IMG/VR virus record: IMGVR_UViG_3300043788_000114
Location: 32,001-96,000 of that record
DNA: 64,000 bases
Reading direction: 5' to 3' (one strand)
Source of the DNA: a virus
The position numbers and the translations under genes were made by a program. The stretch's first letter is position 1, and every line of letters starts with the position of its first letter. The notes under the pieces were generated by a model. It was given only the letters and a program-made list of their open reading frames with translations, was not told where the DNA came from and did not search any database. Positions 44,393-53,773 of the stretch are shown piece after piece.

Positions 44393-44467
44393 GCGGGTGT
44401 CGTCCAACGGTAGGGCCACAGCCTTCCAAGCTGTTGACGAGGAGTTCGAATCTCCCCACCCGCTCCA
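44393..44467 (+). tRNA. tRNA-Gly(TCC)
   Basis: Loop CTTCCAA, U73 CCA. Confidence 0.9.
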
Positions 44468-44538
44468 TCACTCTCCGGAATAAAATCTGGAATAATTTGT
44501 GCTCGGAATTTCGATTTCTCCCGTGCTAAACTGCGCTC

Positions 44539-45177
44539 ATGTCTCTGAGCCTTGTCCCAATGCCGCTTCCGCCGCAGCCGTCTTTCCTGAATCCCAAGCG
44601 CAAACGACTCTGGGAAAAGTACAACGGCAAATGCCACTGGTGCGGATGCGAAACGCGGTTGGTGAATGACACAGCGCCGGATAAGGCAACCATCGATCAC
44701 ATCATCCCGCGCTACAAAGGCGGCACAAACGATCCCGCAAATCTGGTAAATTCCTGCAATCTTTGCAACAACCGGCGAAACTACGAAGATCATTTCGGAC
44801 TTGCCGAAGGCACCTTGTTAGGGAAGTACAAGGGAGGCCAGAGCAACACGGAACGCAGGGCGGCGCGGCGCGCGCAACTGAAGCACATCGCTCTAACCGG
44901 TGACGAAAAACGGGCGATCCTCGAAAGACTCGACGCTGGGAAGACACAACCACAACCACAGCCGCAAGCACCGATTCAGACGCGTCCGCCAGCGGCCCGC
45001 TACAGCACGGAGGAGGTCCTTCGCGAGCAGCGCGATCAGGCGCAGAAACGCATCGTCGAATTGCAGAAGGAATTGGATCGAGTGCAGGCCATCGCGGCGA
45101 CGCAGGAAAAAGAATTGAAGTCGATCACTGTGGTGGGGCTTATCCGGAAGCGGATCGCCGAGTGGCTTTTGTCTTGA
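44539..45177 (+). CDS. HNH endonuclease with C-terminal coiled coil
   Basis: KCHWCG...TIDHIIPRYKGG...NLVNSCNLCNNRR. Confidence 0.85.
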   Translation: MSLSLVPMPLPPQPSFLNPKRKRLWEKYNGKCHWCGCETRLVNDTAPDKATIDHIIPRYKGGTNDPANLVNSCNLCNNRRNYEDHFGLAEGTLLGKYKGGQSNTERRAARRAQLKHIALTGDEKRAILERLDAGKTQPQPQPQAPIQTRPPAARYSTEEVLREQRDQAQKRIVELQKELDRVQAIAATQEKELKSITVVGLIRKRIAEWLLS

Positions 45178-46396
45178 CACGCTGCTAGAAATGCCATACA
45201 ACCATGAGAGCGCGGTTTCCGCCGATCCCGCGCGGGGTGCGAGCACTCCCAAAAGGCTCAGCCCTCCCCCTTGCAGCGGCCTGTCGTTTTCTTCCGGTTG
45301 AGACGGGCCGTTGCTTCCTCACTTCTCCTTGTAAATAATGGATTCCTTCATCACGCTGCCGCCGTGAAACGACGGTACGATTTCAGAGAGGCGCACCGAA
45401 AGCGGCGATCTCATCGCCAGTTCAATCTGCGCTTGGCGGATCGTCGCGAGCATTCTTCTTCGCGTCCTGCGCGCGGCAGGGAATTGCGCGTGCGTACACA
45501 CCCACTCGCACCGAAAGTTGCACCAGTCGCCTCTGCTTTTCATCGAGCGTCACGGCATCGAACAGGACCCACTTTAGCTTATCGACGGCGGTCATGAATT
45601 CTCCTTCAGCAACTCTTGGTTCCTCCGCTTCGCCGCCCGCTTGAGCCTGTAGCGCGCGTTGGCGCACTTGCGGCACTCCTTGATGATCAGGCCCCCGCGA
45701 CGATGCTCGATCACGTTGGTCCCCATCTTCAGGTGGCCTTGGCGGCAGCGGTCGGATGGTTTGGGCGGCATGGAATTACGCTACCCCGAGTATGGAATTA
45801 CGTCAAGACGCGGCGATTCCTCGCCGCCGCTCGCCAGCGATGATCGAGTGGTGCTGAGTCGTGCTGAGAGTTTCCAGAGGCGGTACGTGGAGTGGTGCAG
45901 GTGGCGGGACTGGCGTAGCTTAGGCCGCTGCGGTCTCGTAGTCAAACTTCGAGCGGGCCATGAATCCTTCATCGAGAATCAGGGTGTTCAGGCGGTGCTT
46001 TGTATTGCGCGCGAGTTCCGGAAGATCGGGCCAGTGAACCTCGGCCTTTTCGCCACTGATCCCGACCACAACTCCCGGCTCCCCGGCGACAGCATTTGCC
46101 AGATACACCCTGTCCCCGACTTAGATGCTTGCACTCATTGCTTGCAGTATGCGGCCAATTCCTGCGCCTGTCAAGCAAGGATGCTCCGTATTGCTTGCGC
46201 TAGATCGGCAGATTCATCGTCTCGGCCACTGGGGTGCCGGTGGGCATTTTGCAATCCCTATGCCTCAATCGGCCATCCACGCCAATAAACCAGCGTTCAC
46301 GCTTCCTGATTCGCTTGCCACAATCGGCGCAGATTCTTCTTCCCGCCTGCTGTAATACTGGCGGGTTGAGTTCGCTGCCGCATTTGTCGCAGATGG

Positions 46397-47083
46397 TCAT
46401 TGCAGCCTCGCAAATTCGCCATGATAAACCGTTGCCGCTGCGCAATAAGCTGCATAAGCAGACTCCCTGTCGACGAAAACACCAAGATTTATTTGCCGAT
46501 TATCGCTGTCAATCCGTGCCCTCCACTTCTTGAGATGCTTTTCCCACGTTACGCCTTTATAGCCAGATTGATTGGACCTGTACCTCCGCTGATTCCGCTT
46601 TTGCTCAAAATCGTTCGCAATCCTGAGATTGATCCTGCCTTCAATAAGCCGTCGATTATCGAGTGTATCGCCGAAGGCGTGGTCGCCCTCCCGCTTGTCG
46701 CCGTAAGGAAGTCCGAGAATTTCGCGGTGCATGAAAATCGAATATGATTTCCCATTTACCCGTGGGCTACAGCGTGCGGCATAATAACTGCGTGTATGCG
46801 GGTTCCAGTGCGCTTGCCACCTAAAAAGAGACAGCCACTTATAGTCTGACTGCCAGACCAACGCGTATTGTCCCTTCGTGAGCGGAATGAGGCGGCACGG
46901 AACGCCGTCAATCTTGAACCCTCCAAGCTCTGTTCGCGGAACTATGCGACCATGGCCAGTCAGGTACCTTCTCGGCTCGCCTTTGCGAACGGCCTCTTTT
47001 GTCCGTGTTTTGTTAGAGATCGTAGTTTTTTCGCCGCAGCCGCATTGGCAATATCCGTAAGGAATGTTGGCTATTGAACTCAT
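46397..47083 (-). CDS. HNH-AP2 homing endonuclease
   Basis: CQCGCG, IPLTKGQYALV, MHREILG, DH...LDNRR..NLR, SGYKGV..WRARI...LG.F...AY..AA...HGEFA. Confidence 0.9.
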   Translation of the reverse strand: MSSIANIPYGYCQCGCGEKTTISNKTRTKEAVRKGEPRRYLTGHGRIVPRTELGGFKIDGVPCRLIPLTKGQYALVWQSDYKWLSLFRWQAHWNPHTRSYYAARCSPRVNGKSYSIFMHREILGLPYGDKREGDHAFGDTLDNRRLIEGRINLRIANDFEQKRNQRRYRSNQSGYKGVTWEKHLKKWRARIDSDNRQINLGVFVDRESAYAAYCAAATVYHGEFARLQ

Positions 47084-47433
47084 TGTTTATCCTTCGGTGG
47101 ACATGGCTTTCCGCCTGCATTATGGCTTGCCGCGTGGCACCAGAAGCAGCCGCCGACTAAATTATCTAGTCCCCATCCGAATCGTCGTCTAGTGTGAATG
47201 TGGACAAGATGCCAACGTTCAAATAGTTCTCCATCAAATGGCAAAACTCCTGAAAGATGCCTAGCGTCGAGAGGTTTGCCGTATTCATCCCGTAGCTCAC
47301 AGCGCCCTCCAGATCGCTCGTAGACGGCTTTCCTGATCGCGGCCTTCTCTTCCCTCGTCGGCTCGCCACGGCGCGGCGTAGCGCGCTTCCGGCGCACCGG
47401 AGTGTAGCGTCGGATCGGCCCGCTGCGTTTCAA
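47080..47433 (-). CDS. HNH-like small nuclease
   Basis: ERSGGRCE...H..H...NLVGGCFWCH. Confidence 0.6.
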   Translation of the reverse strand: MKRSGPIRRYTPVRRKRATPRRGEPTREEKAAIRKAVYERSGGRCELRDEYGKPLDARHLSGVLPFDGELFERWHLVHIHTRRRFGWGLDNLVGGCFWCHAASHNAGGKPCPPKDKQ

Positions 47434-47657
47434 AGGAAATCCTCATCGATGCCTGCCGCTGAGAGAACTTTTTCCGGAACGAACAGGTGCCGGTGATTCT
47501 CCCGGACCCACATCCGGACAGTTGCGTTTCCTGCCGCGTCCTTCTCGCTGATTCTCAGTTCCGCCAGCAAAAGATCGAATTTCGATGGCTCCGGAGGCGG
47601 CTCGTGCGCGCCGCGCATCATCCCCAGTTGCCAGCCGGTCAACTTGCTTCGTTTCAT
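47430..47657 (-). CDS. Hypothetical protein
   Basis: Coupled ORF in minus-strand operon. Confidence 0.5.
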   Translation of the reverse strand: MKRSKLTGWQLGMMRGAHEPPPEPSKFDLLLAELRISEKDAAGNATVRMWVRENHRHLFVPEKVLSAAGIDEDFL

Positions 47658-48151
47658 GGAAAATAGGCCCTCTGTTCTGCCGGTGTACCGGTCACGTCCT
47701 CGTACATCGCACGTCTGACGCGCTCTCGCATCTCCGGATCGAGCGTCGCCACGAACTCAAGAATGTTCTCTTCCCAATTCAAATCCCGGTGGTAAAGCGT
47801 CTCCGCCTCTTTGCCTTCAAACGGCGTCAGCGACAGATGACAGCCAAGATCGCTCGTGACCGGTACCCAGCGCGCCTGCTTCAGACGGTCGAACTTTATA
47901 AGCATCCACCACTGGCCCTGAATGCGCTCGGGTGGTTTGGTGCGGACCACTCCCCGGTCATTGCGGTAGCACCAGTAGCAGTAGAAGACGACGGTCCCGG
48001 CAGGAAACATGGACGGATCGAACGGGCGAGGATTCCAGAACTTTGCGCCCAGCTTTTCGAGCAGCCTACGCGCAACTTCTCCTTCATTTGGTGAGCCCGG
48101 TCGCTCCGCGAGACGACGGAGGGATTCAATCGTTTTGCTTTTGTTCCTCAC
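47654..48151 (-). CDS. Hypothetical protein
   Basis: IESLRRLAERPGSPNEGEVARRLLEKL (DUF2786-like N-terminus). Confidence 0.5.
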   Translation of the reverse strand: MRNKSKTIESLRRLAERPGSPNEGEVARRLLEKLGAKFWNPRPFDPSMFPAGTVVFYCYWCYRNDRGVVRTKPPERIQGQWWMLIKFDRLKQARWVPVTSDLGCHLSLTPFEGKEAETLYHRDLNWEENILEFVATLDPEMRERVRRAMYEDVTGTPAEQRAYFP

Positions 48152-48455
48152 AAACCGTCTCCTCGCTGTAATTCACGGTGCGCGTGGCCCAAACGTCGCG
48201 AGAGCGACCAAAGGACAACGTGATTTGGGTTCCACTTTTTCTCGCAGTGAGTCCGCCGCACGACAATGACAGATGATTGTCCCTGAGCGTTTGATGGAAA
48301 AGCCTTATAGCCTCAGCCTTCAGTTCTTCCTTCGAGGGCACGTGAGATTCTCTTCTGTCGCCCCATTTCCAGCGCGGAACTTGGTTCATTCGTTGCTGGA
48401 TTTCCGCAAATGGAAATTCTTCCATCAACGTCTCGAAAGCGTCTGCGAGTGTCAT
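48126..48455 (-). CDS. Hypothetical phage protein
   Basis: Coupled ORF. Confidence 0.5.
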   Translation of the reverse strand: MTLADAFETLMEEFPFAEIQQRMNQVPRWKWGDRRESHVPSKEELKAEAIRLFHQTLRDNHLSLSCGGLTARKSGTQITLSFGRSRDVWATRTVNYSEETVCEEQKQND

Positions 48456-50161
48456 ACCGTCACCTCAAACAAAGGCTGGCTCTTCCCGTGCTTCTCCAAA
48501 TAGCGACGCGCCAGATTCTTGATGCGATCAGGATCGAGTTGCAACTTTTCTACCAATTCGGCGTTGGGATCACGGATACCTTTGATCTGCTGCTCCTTCA
48601 CGCCGTTTACTTCGACCATGAACGGATCGGAGCCTTCGTCGCTGACCATGAAGTAGACGTTGACCGGATTCTCCTGCCCGTCCCGCCAGACGCGGCCAAT
48701 GTTCTGCTCGTGGACCCCCGGCGACCAGTCTAATTCACCAAACACAACCATGTTGCAACTGCCTTGCAGGCCGTCGAGCCCAGCCCCGGCGCGCAGCGAC
48801 ATGATCAGAACCTTCGCTTCGCCGGAGATGAACCTCTTTTTTGCTTCTTCTTTCTGGGGGATGGATTCCTGCCCAGTGTACATCGCAAACGGAATGTCTT
48901 TGAATTTGTCCCTCCAGATCGCGTACACCGCGTGGTGCCAGCCGTAGAGAACGACCTTTTCCCCAGACTCGACGAGCAACTTGACGAACTCAGCCACGTA
49001 AGGAGCTTTGGCAACGCCTGTCGCTTGGCGGAGCCGCCAGTCAAACTCCTCGGCTGCGCGCATCTTGTCGAGCCCCGTGCCGCCAGCCTTCAAGAGCATT
49101 TCCGCCAACTCCGCACACGTCTTGCTGACTTGTTCGAGCGCGTAAAGATCGGCGTCCACGTGCTGCACATCGGAATAGCATGGCGGCAGTTCCCGGCCAA
49201 CTTCCTTGCGGGTTCTCCGCAACATCAGACCGGCCTCACGCATATAGGAACCGAATTCTGCCGGAGAGTGGATAGTGGCTTTGTCGCTCGATCCTCCGGA
49301 AGAGCACCATTCGGTAAAGAACTCATCAGCGGAGCCGAGAGCGCCGGGAGAGATCGTCTCCATCACGTTGTATATCTCACCGCCATAGTTGTAAATTGGC
49401 GTTGCGCTCATGCCCATGCGGAACTGAACGCTGTCGGCAATATGCTTGGCCGCTTCATAGCGATTACTTCCCCCATGCCTGAGTTCCTGCACCTCATCCC
49501 AGATCACAGATCGCGACGTCCTTGCGAGGGTGTCGGCCCATCCGGACAACTTGCTGTAGCTCAGGATCGCAACATCAGGATAAGGAATAGTGTGACCTCG
49601 TTTCCTCGTCAGATCGTATGGCTGACCTTTGTTGATCACCTGAACCGCAAGCCACGGAGCAAACTTCTCCAGCATGTTCTTCACTTGGATCGGAAGATGC
49701 GTAAGCGTCACATAGATCGCCGGACGAGTTCTTGGATCGCTCAGCGCCATAAAGGCCACGATGGTCTTTCCCAGCCCCACGTCATCGGCCAAGAGCAGAG
49801 AGCCGGTGGTCAGAAAGAGTGACGCCGCGACCGTTTGGTACTCGCGTTTTTCGCAGTTAATCTCGAACGCCAGAGGAGCCTGTTGCGCGCTCAGGAATTT
49901 GTCAACCAGAGCCATCTTCTCGCGATACTGCTTTGCCATCGTACTGATTTTATCGAGGCTTTTGCTCTCCAGCGGGTAGCGCTCCAAAAACCATTCCACA
50001 TCGCGGCAGTTTTCCGGTGTCATCGAAATGGTGAGCAGCCCGACTCGACTCTTGTTGACTTTTGGGAAGACACGCTTGAATCGCAAAGCGACATGCGGAA
50101 GCAGTTTGACACCGATCATTCTGCCATCCGTCGACACTTCAATTCTCCCGTAAGTCTTCAA
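48452..50161 (-). CDS. SNF2-family helicase
   Basis: LLADDVGLGKT, WDEVQ, SATPIYN, MLRRT, GAGLDGLQ, DWSPG..EQNIGRVWR.GQ. Confidence 0.9.
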   Translation of the reverse strand: MKTYGRIEVSTDGRMIGVKLLPHVALRFKRVFPKVNKSRVGLLTISMTPENCRDVEWFLERYPLESKSLDKISTMAKQYREKMALVDKFLSAQQAPLAFEINCEKREYQTVAASLFLTTGSLLLADDVGLGKTIVAFMALSDPRTRPAIYVTLTHLPIQVKNMLEKFAPWLAVQVINKGQPYDLTRKRGHTIPYPDVAILSYSKLSGWADTLARTSRSVIWDEVQELRHGGSNRYEAAKHIADSVQFRMGMSATPIYNYGGEIYNVMETISPGALGSADEFFTEWCSSGGSSDKATIHSPAEFGSYMREAGLMLRRTRKEVGRELPPCYSDVQHVDADLYALEQVSKTCAELAEMLLKAGGTGLDKMRAAEEFDWRLRQATGVAKAPYVAEFVKLLVESGEKVVLYGWHHAVYAIWRDKFKDIPFAMYTGQESIPQKEEAKKRFISGEAKVLIMSLRAGAGLDGLQGSCNMVVFGELDWSPGVHEQNIGRVWRDGQENPVNVYFMVSDEGSDPFMVEVNGVKEQQIKGIRDPNAELVEKLQLDPDRIKNLARRYLEKHGKSQPLFEVTV

Positions 50162-50514
50162 CCAAGCATCCCCCAGCCAAGGAATAGCACTTCCACTTTC
50201 TTACCGTTTATGATTCCGGGAACAATCGAATGGCGGCAGCGGTTAGTAATAATCAGCAAGTCTCCAACTTTTTCAGATTGCATGTAACGATGGACCTGCC
50301 TCATGACCGACGCGAGTGGATGACCAACTTTCACTTCGACCCCCGTGGTGCCTACCATGAAATCTATGCGGTCATGTTTCGTAAGCCTGACTTCGGCCAA
50401 AAACTCGATCTTCTCCTTTTCAAGCGCAACGCGAATGCCATCTTGTAATTCAGCCTCGCGTGTGTAATTGAAGCGATATGTGCCGAGAAGGTTGGAAAGA
50501 TCGCTCGCTGTCAC
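50158..50514 (-). CDS. PD-(D/E)XK nuclease-like protein
   Basis: EAELQ...RIDFMV...GVEVK...QVHRY. Confidence 0.65.
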   Translation of the reverse strand: MTASDLSNLLGTYRFNYTREAELQDGIRVALEKEKIEFLAEVRLTKHDRIDFMVGTTGVEVKVGHPLASVMRQVHRYMQSEKVGDLLIITNRCRHSIVPGIINGKKVEVLFLGWGMLG

Positions 50515-50939
50515 GCCGTCACCAACTGATTCACCTGATGCTTCGATCCCTTTCTTGGCCCTCTCTTACGCGCTGACATTATCCTGATATGCTCCATAAG
50601 TTGCGCCGTAGCGCAGCGCTTCCACACAAGCAGCGCGTCGGATGTACGAACTGGTTCACATGCCTCAGCGCGGTTGACTAAAACCATAATCGGAACATAT
50701 GGAGTGATCCTTTTTATCTTTACAACTAACTGTTGGGAAGTTACCTGACCTTCCAGATACGGTGACTCGTCTACGATCACTACCAGATCGATTACTCGCT
50801 CAGTGCGGACAATGTTCATACATTCCTGAGTGCTGCTCGCCGCGAGTGGTTTGTAGCCCTTGATGTCGAGCATATACTTCACCACTGAAAGCTCGCTCTC
50901 GTTGCTGTTGACGTAGATAATAATTTTGCGCGGCCTCAC
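50511..50939 (-). CDS. Degenerate response-regulator receiver protein with basic tail
   Basis: MRPRK.I...ELSV.KYML...GY...IDLV...MSARKRGPRKG. Confidence 0.75.
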   Translation of the reverse strand: MRPRKIIIYVNSNESELSVVKYMLDIKGYKPLAASSTQECMNIVRTERVIDLVVIVDESPYLEGQVTSQQLVVKIKRITPYVPIMVLVNRAEACEPVRTSDALLVWKRCATAQLMEHIRIMSARKRGPRKGSKHQVNQLVTA

Positions 50940-51883
50940 GCGGCACCTCCGGGGAATTGGTGATATACCTTTCCGTAAAGCGTATCTGCGGAACTCCTAC
51001 GGCCTATGCGAACCAGCGTGTGTACGTCGGAGTCCTCGTTTTCCAACGCTGGATCACCTAGCGGCCATTCGGTGCCGTCAGAGCGAAGGAACTTATGTGA
51101 GACGGAAGGATGCCTGCCAAATTCTTCATGGCCAGAATCGACCCATTCACCGTTCTGTTTGAAGAAAAACGGAACCTTCGCGTTCTCACATTGCTCGCGG
51201 ATGTCATCGGCCCAGTGACTCAACATCGGCCTTGCGTTGGCTCCAGACTCTCCACCAACAATCACCCATTCAAGTTTTTCGTGACCCTCACTACTACCGC
51301 CCATGTGACCATGAGACCCTGTAAGGACATCCCAAACAGAAACGAAGTTTCTTTCTGGATGTAGAATGCAACGCAAGTTAATTTCACTCAACAATGGCTC
51401 AGCGCTGATCCCATGGACGACTGCTGGAATGGATAGCAGGATAGGAATACGATGGTTTGCCGCTTCTTGATTCTCCGTCGAAGTGAGTAACCATACATTC
51501 GGATACCCAGCACCCCAGTCTGGCGGCAAACTATCTGCTATTCTCTCAGGCCGCTTCGTGCAAAGCTGGTAGATGAACTGTGGAGTGCGGCGCATGATTT
51601 CCCAAGCATCCGCGCGCCAAGGGTCGGCCTCTTCGATAAAAAAGTCAGACCACGAATCAACAAAGATACGCTTGATGTGTCCGTATTTCGCTGGATTAGC
51701 CGCCCATTTCAGCGGCGCGTTGAAGGTCGTGTCAGAAGATCGCACTACTACGCTTGGATTCTGCCCATAGCGTGATTTCTCTGCAAACATATAACAATTT
51801 TTGCAGCCTTGGCTGACTTTGTGGCAACCCTGCCAGCAGTTCCACGTCGCGTCGGTCCAGCTTATACCTGTTTTTTCGCCCAT
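50936..51883 (-). CDS. Phage Gp37/Gp68 (DUF5131) family protein
   Basis: ISWTDATWN..GC.KVSQGCKNCY, TKRPER, SAEPLL, WVIVGGESG..ARPM, FFFKQ. Confidence 0.9.
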   Translation of the reverse strand: MGEKTGISWTDATWNCWQGCHKVSQGCKNCYMFAEKSRYGQNPSVVVRSSDTTFNAPLKWAANPAKYGHIKRIFVDSWSDFFIEEADPWRADAWEIMRRTPQFIYQLCTKRPERIADSLPPDWGAGYPNVWLLTSTENQEAANHRIPILLSIPAVVHGISAEPLLSEINLRCILHPERNFVSVWDVLTGSHGHMGGSSEGHEKLEWVIVGGESGANARPMLSHWADDIREQCENAKVPFFFKQNGEWVDSGHEEFGRHPSVSHKFLRSDGTEWPLGDPALENEDSDVHTLVRIGRRSSADTLYGKVYHQFPGGAA

Positions 51884-51893
51884 TCGCTCCCCC

Positions 51894-53396
51894 TTAGAAA
51901 GGCGCTTCTTCGTCCGGCTCTTTCGTCTGACTGTAATTCATCTTTGCCTGCTCAGGTCCTTCCTTCTTCTTTTTCTTTCCGTGCCCATATTGCGGTTGCT
52001 GGATCGGAGCATTGTCCACCTGCTGGAGCGACAAGTCATCCTCGCCGCCAACGATCCGATAGTAAATGGGAGGGCAAGCTACCGAACTTTTTGTATGGAA
52101 TTGTACCTTCCTGATCAGGTTCTTCGGCTCAACTTCAGGATTCTCGACCGTCAGGCCCATGCCCCACTCTTTCCACCCGTTGATACCTCCGCCGCGCGCC
52201 CGGTCGAAGATGGTGCCTTTTTCGCTTTTCGAAAGGTGGTGAACGATGCACACCTGACACTTGCCTTCACGCTCGATTCTTTTCGCTGCTGCAAGGACTC
52301 TGGATGTTTCCTGATTGTCGTTCTCGTTGCCTTCCCAAAGACTTCGGAAGACGTCGAAGAACACAAACTCAATCTGCCGTTCTTTGATGTTCTCAATGAT
52401 GTCAACCAGATCGGGATTGCTTTGCAGTGTCCAGCTTTCACGCTGAGAGCGGGTGTTGACGTAGAGATATTCTTCAAGGTCGATCATGCCGATGAACTCT
52501 TTAACGCCGATGTCGGCACCGTTGAGCATTCTCTTCAATCTGCTTTGGGAGAGACCCGGAGCGTCTTCTCTGGCGACTAACCCGACTTTCACGCGCTTGG
52601 GAATGCGATGCTGAAACCACGCTACCCCGGAGACCAAGTGCAAAGCCAGATCGAAAATGAGAACGGACTTTGAAGTGCCTGAGTCGCCAAGGATGAGGCC
52701 GTTGCCTTCTTTCTGAATAATCCCGTCGACCGTCCATTCGATCTGCTCTGGCGCGGAGGCGATGAATGTGCGGGCTCCGATGAAGAACGGCTCTGGATTG
52801 CGAATGAGAGCGCGGCTCGACTCGCGCAGAGACTCAGTTTCTCGCTCAAGAGACTCAAGTGTGCTGATAGCATCTTCACTCTGGTCCGCCGCTCGGGCGA
52901 TGGTGGCCGAGCAGATGCCCATAAGACGGCGTGCAATGCTTTTATCCTTGCAAATCCGGATGTAGGCGTCGATGACTGGGCGGCGGGGAAGACCCTCGGT
53001 GAGTGAAGCCAGATAGGCAACACCGCCGATAGACTCCACTTCCTTGAATTTCGACAACCGCGCGCACAGCGTCACGATGTCGATGGTTTGACCATCTTCT
53101 TCAAGTTCGGCCATGCGCAGGTAAATGCGGCGATGAGAGTCGAGGCTGAAGTCATCCGGCGTGAGAGTCAGAGCGGTTTCTTTAATTGCGCGCTGATCGA
53201 GCAGGATGGCCCCGAGGATCGTCTTCTCCGCGTCGATGTTTGCGGGGAGACCAGCTTCGAGAGTTAAATCAGGAACCGGCTTGCGCGCCTCTCGCTGACG
53301 CTCAGGCGGAGCATTGTAGCTGGGCGCGGGCGCTTCTTCCTGCGGCGGCTCAGGAGTTTTATCGTCTGCGAAGAAATCTGTTGCGTCGACCGTCAT
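51894..53396 (-). CDS. Replicative helicase: DnaB N-terminal domain plus RecA-like (AAA_25) ATPase
   Basis: LPANIDAEKTILGAILLD...DFSLDSHRRIY; GDSGTSKS; IVHH..K..RG. Confidence 0.85.
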   Translation of the reverse strand: MTVDATDFFADDKTPEPPQEEAPAPSYNAPPERQREARKPVPDLTLEAGLPANIDAEKTILGAILLDQRAIKETALTLTPDDFSLDSHRRIYLRMAELEEDGQTIDIVTLCARLSKFKEVESIGGVAYLASLTEGLPRRPVIDAYIRICKDKSIARRLMGICSATIARAADQSEDAISTLESLERETESLRESSRALIRNPEPFFIGARTFIASAPEQIEWTVDGIIQKEGNGLILGDSGTSKSVLIFDLALHLVSGVAWFQHRIPKRVKVGLVAREDAPGLSQSRLKRMLNGADIGVKEFIGMIDLEEYLYVNTRSQRESWTLQSNPDLVDIIENIKERQIEFVFFDVFRSLWEGNENDNQETSRVLAAAKRIEREGKCQVCIVHHLSKSEKGTIFDRARGGGINGWKEWGMGLTVENPEVEPKNLIRKVQFHTKSSVACPPIYYRIVGGEDDLSLQQVDNAPIQQPQYGHGKKKKKEGPEQAKMNYSQTKEPDEEAPF

Positions 53397-53773
53397 GCCT
53401 TCAATCTCCGTACCTGCGTCTCCGCAACCACCGGATCGGTAAGAATCTTCTCGCGTCCAGCCGCAAAATTAGGCCACACTTCGCGCGCTTCATCCATCGC
53501 TGCGAGGATGTCACCAAGGGATGGGAGCGCCGTCTCCCCCTCCTCCCTTTGGCTTTCCGCTAGCACCGCCATCGCCACCTGAAACGCCCTTAGGTCTAGC
53601 TGGCTCAAAATCTCCGTGTATAGTTCGAGGCTCACCTTGTCGAACTTCGCCTGACGGCAGATCGCCATCTTGGTCAGGAGGACTTTGATATTCTGCTCCT
53701 CCGAGAGATTCGGCAAGAACTGCCAAGTTGCTTTCTGCCTTGCTTGTAGGTACACGGGCATTATTTCCTCCAA
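53393..53773 (-). CDS. Putative helicase loader; true start uncertain
   Basis: Between initiator and helicase; ends LPSLGDIL; overlaps 3' end of initiator. Confidence 0.45.
   Translation of the reverse strand: MEEIMPVYLQARQKATWQFLPNLSEEQNIKVLLTKMAICRQAKFDKVSLELYTEILSQLDLRAFQVAMAVLAESQREEGETALPSLGDILAAMDEAREVWPNFAAGREKILTDPVVAETQVRRLKA

Noticed and set aside
53511-53773. Long dual-coding overlap of initiator and loader-like genes as a novel feature
   Set aside because: Such overlaps are common in phage replication modules and the downstream start may be later than the ORF track shows.
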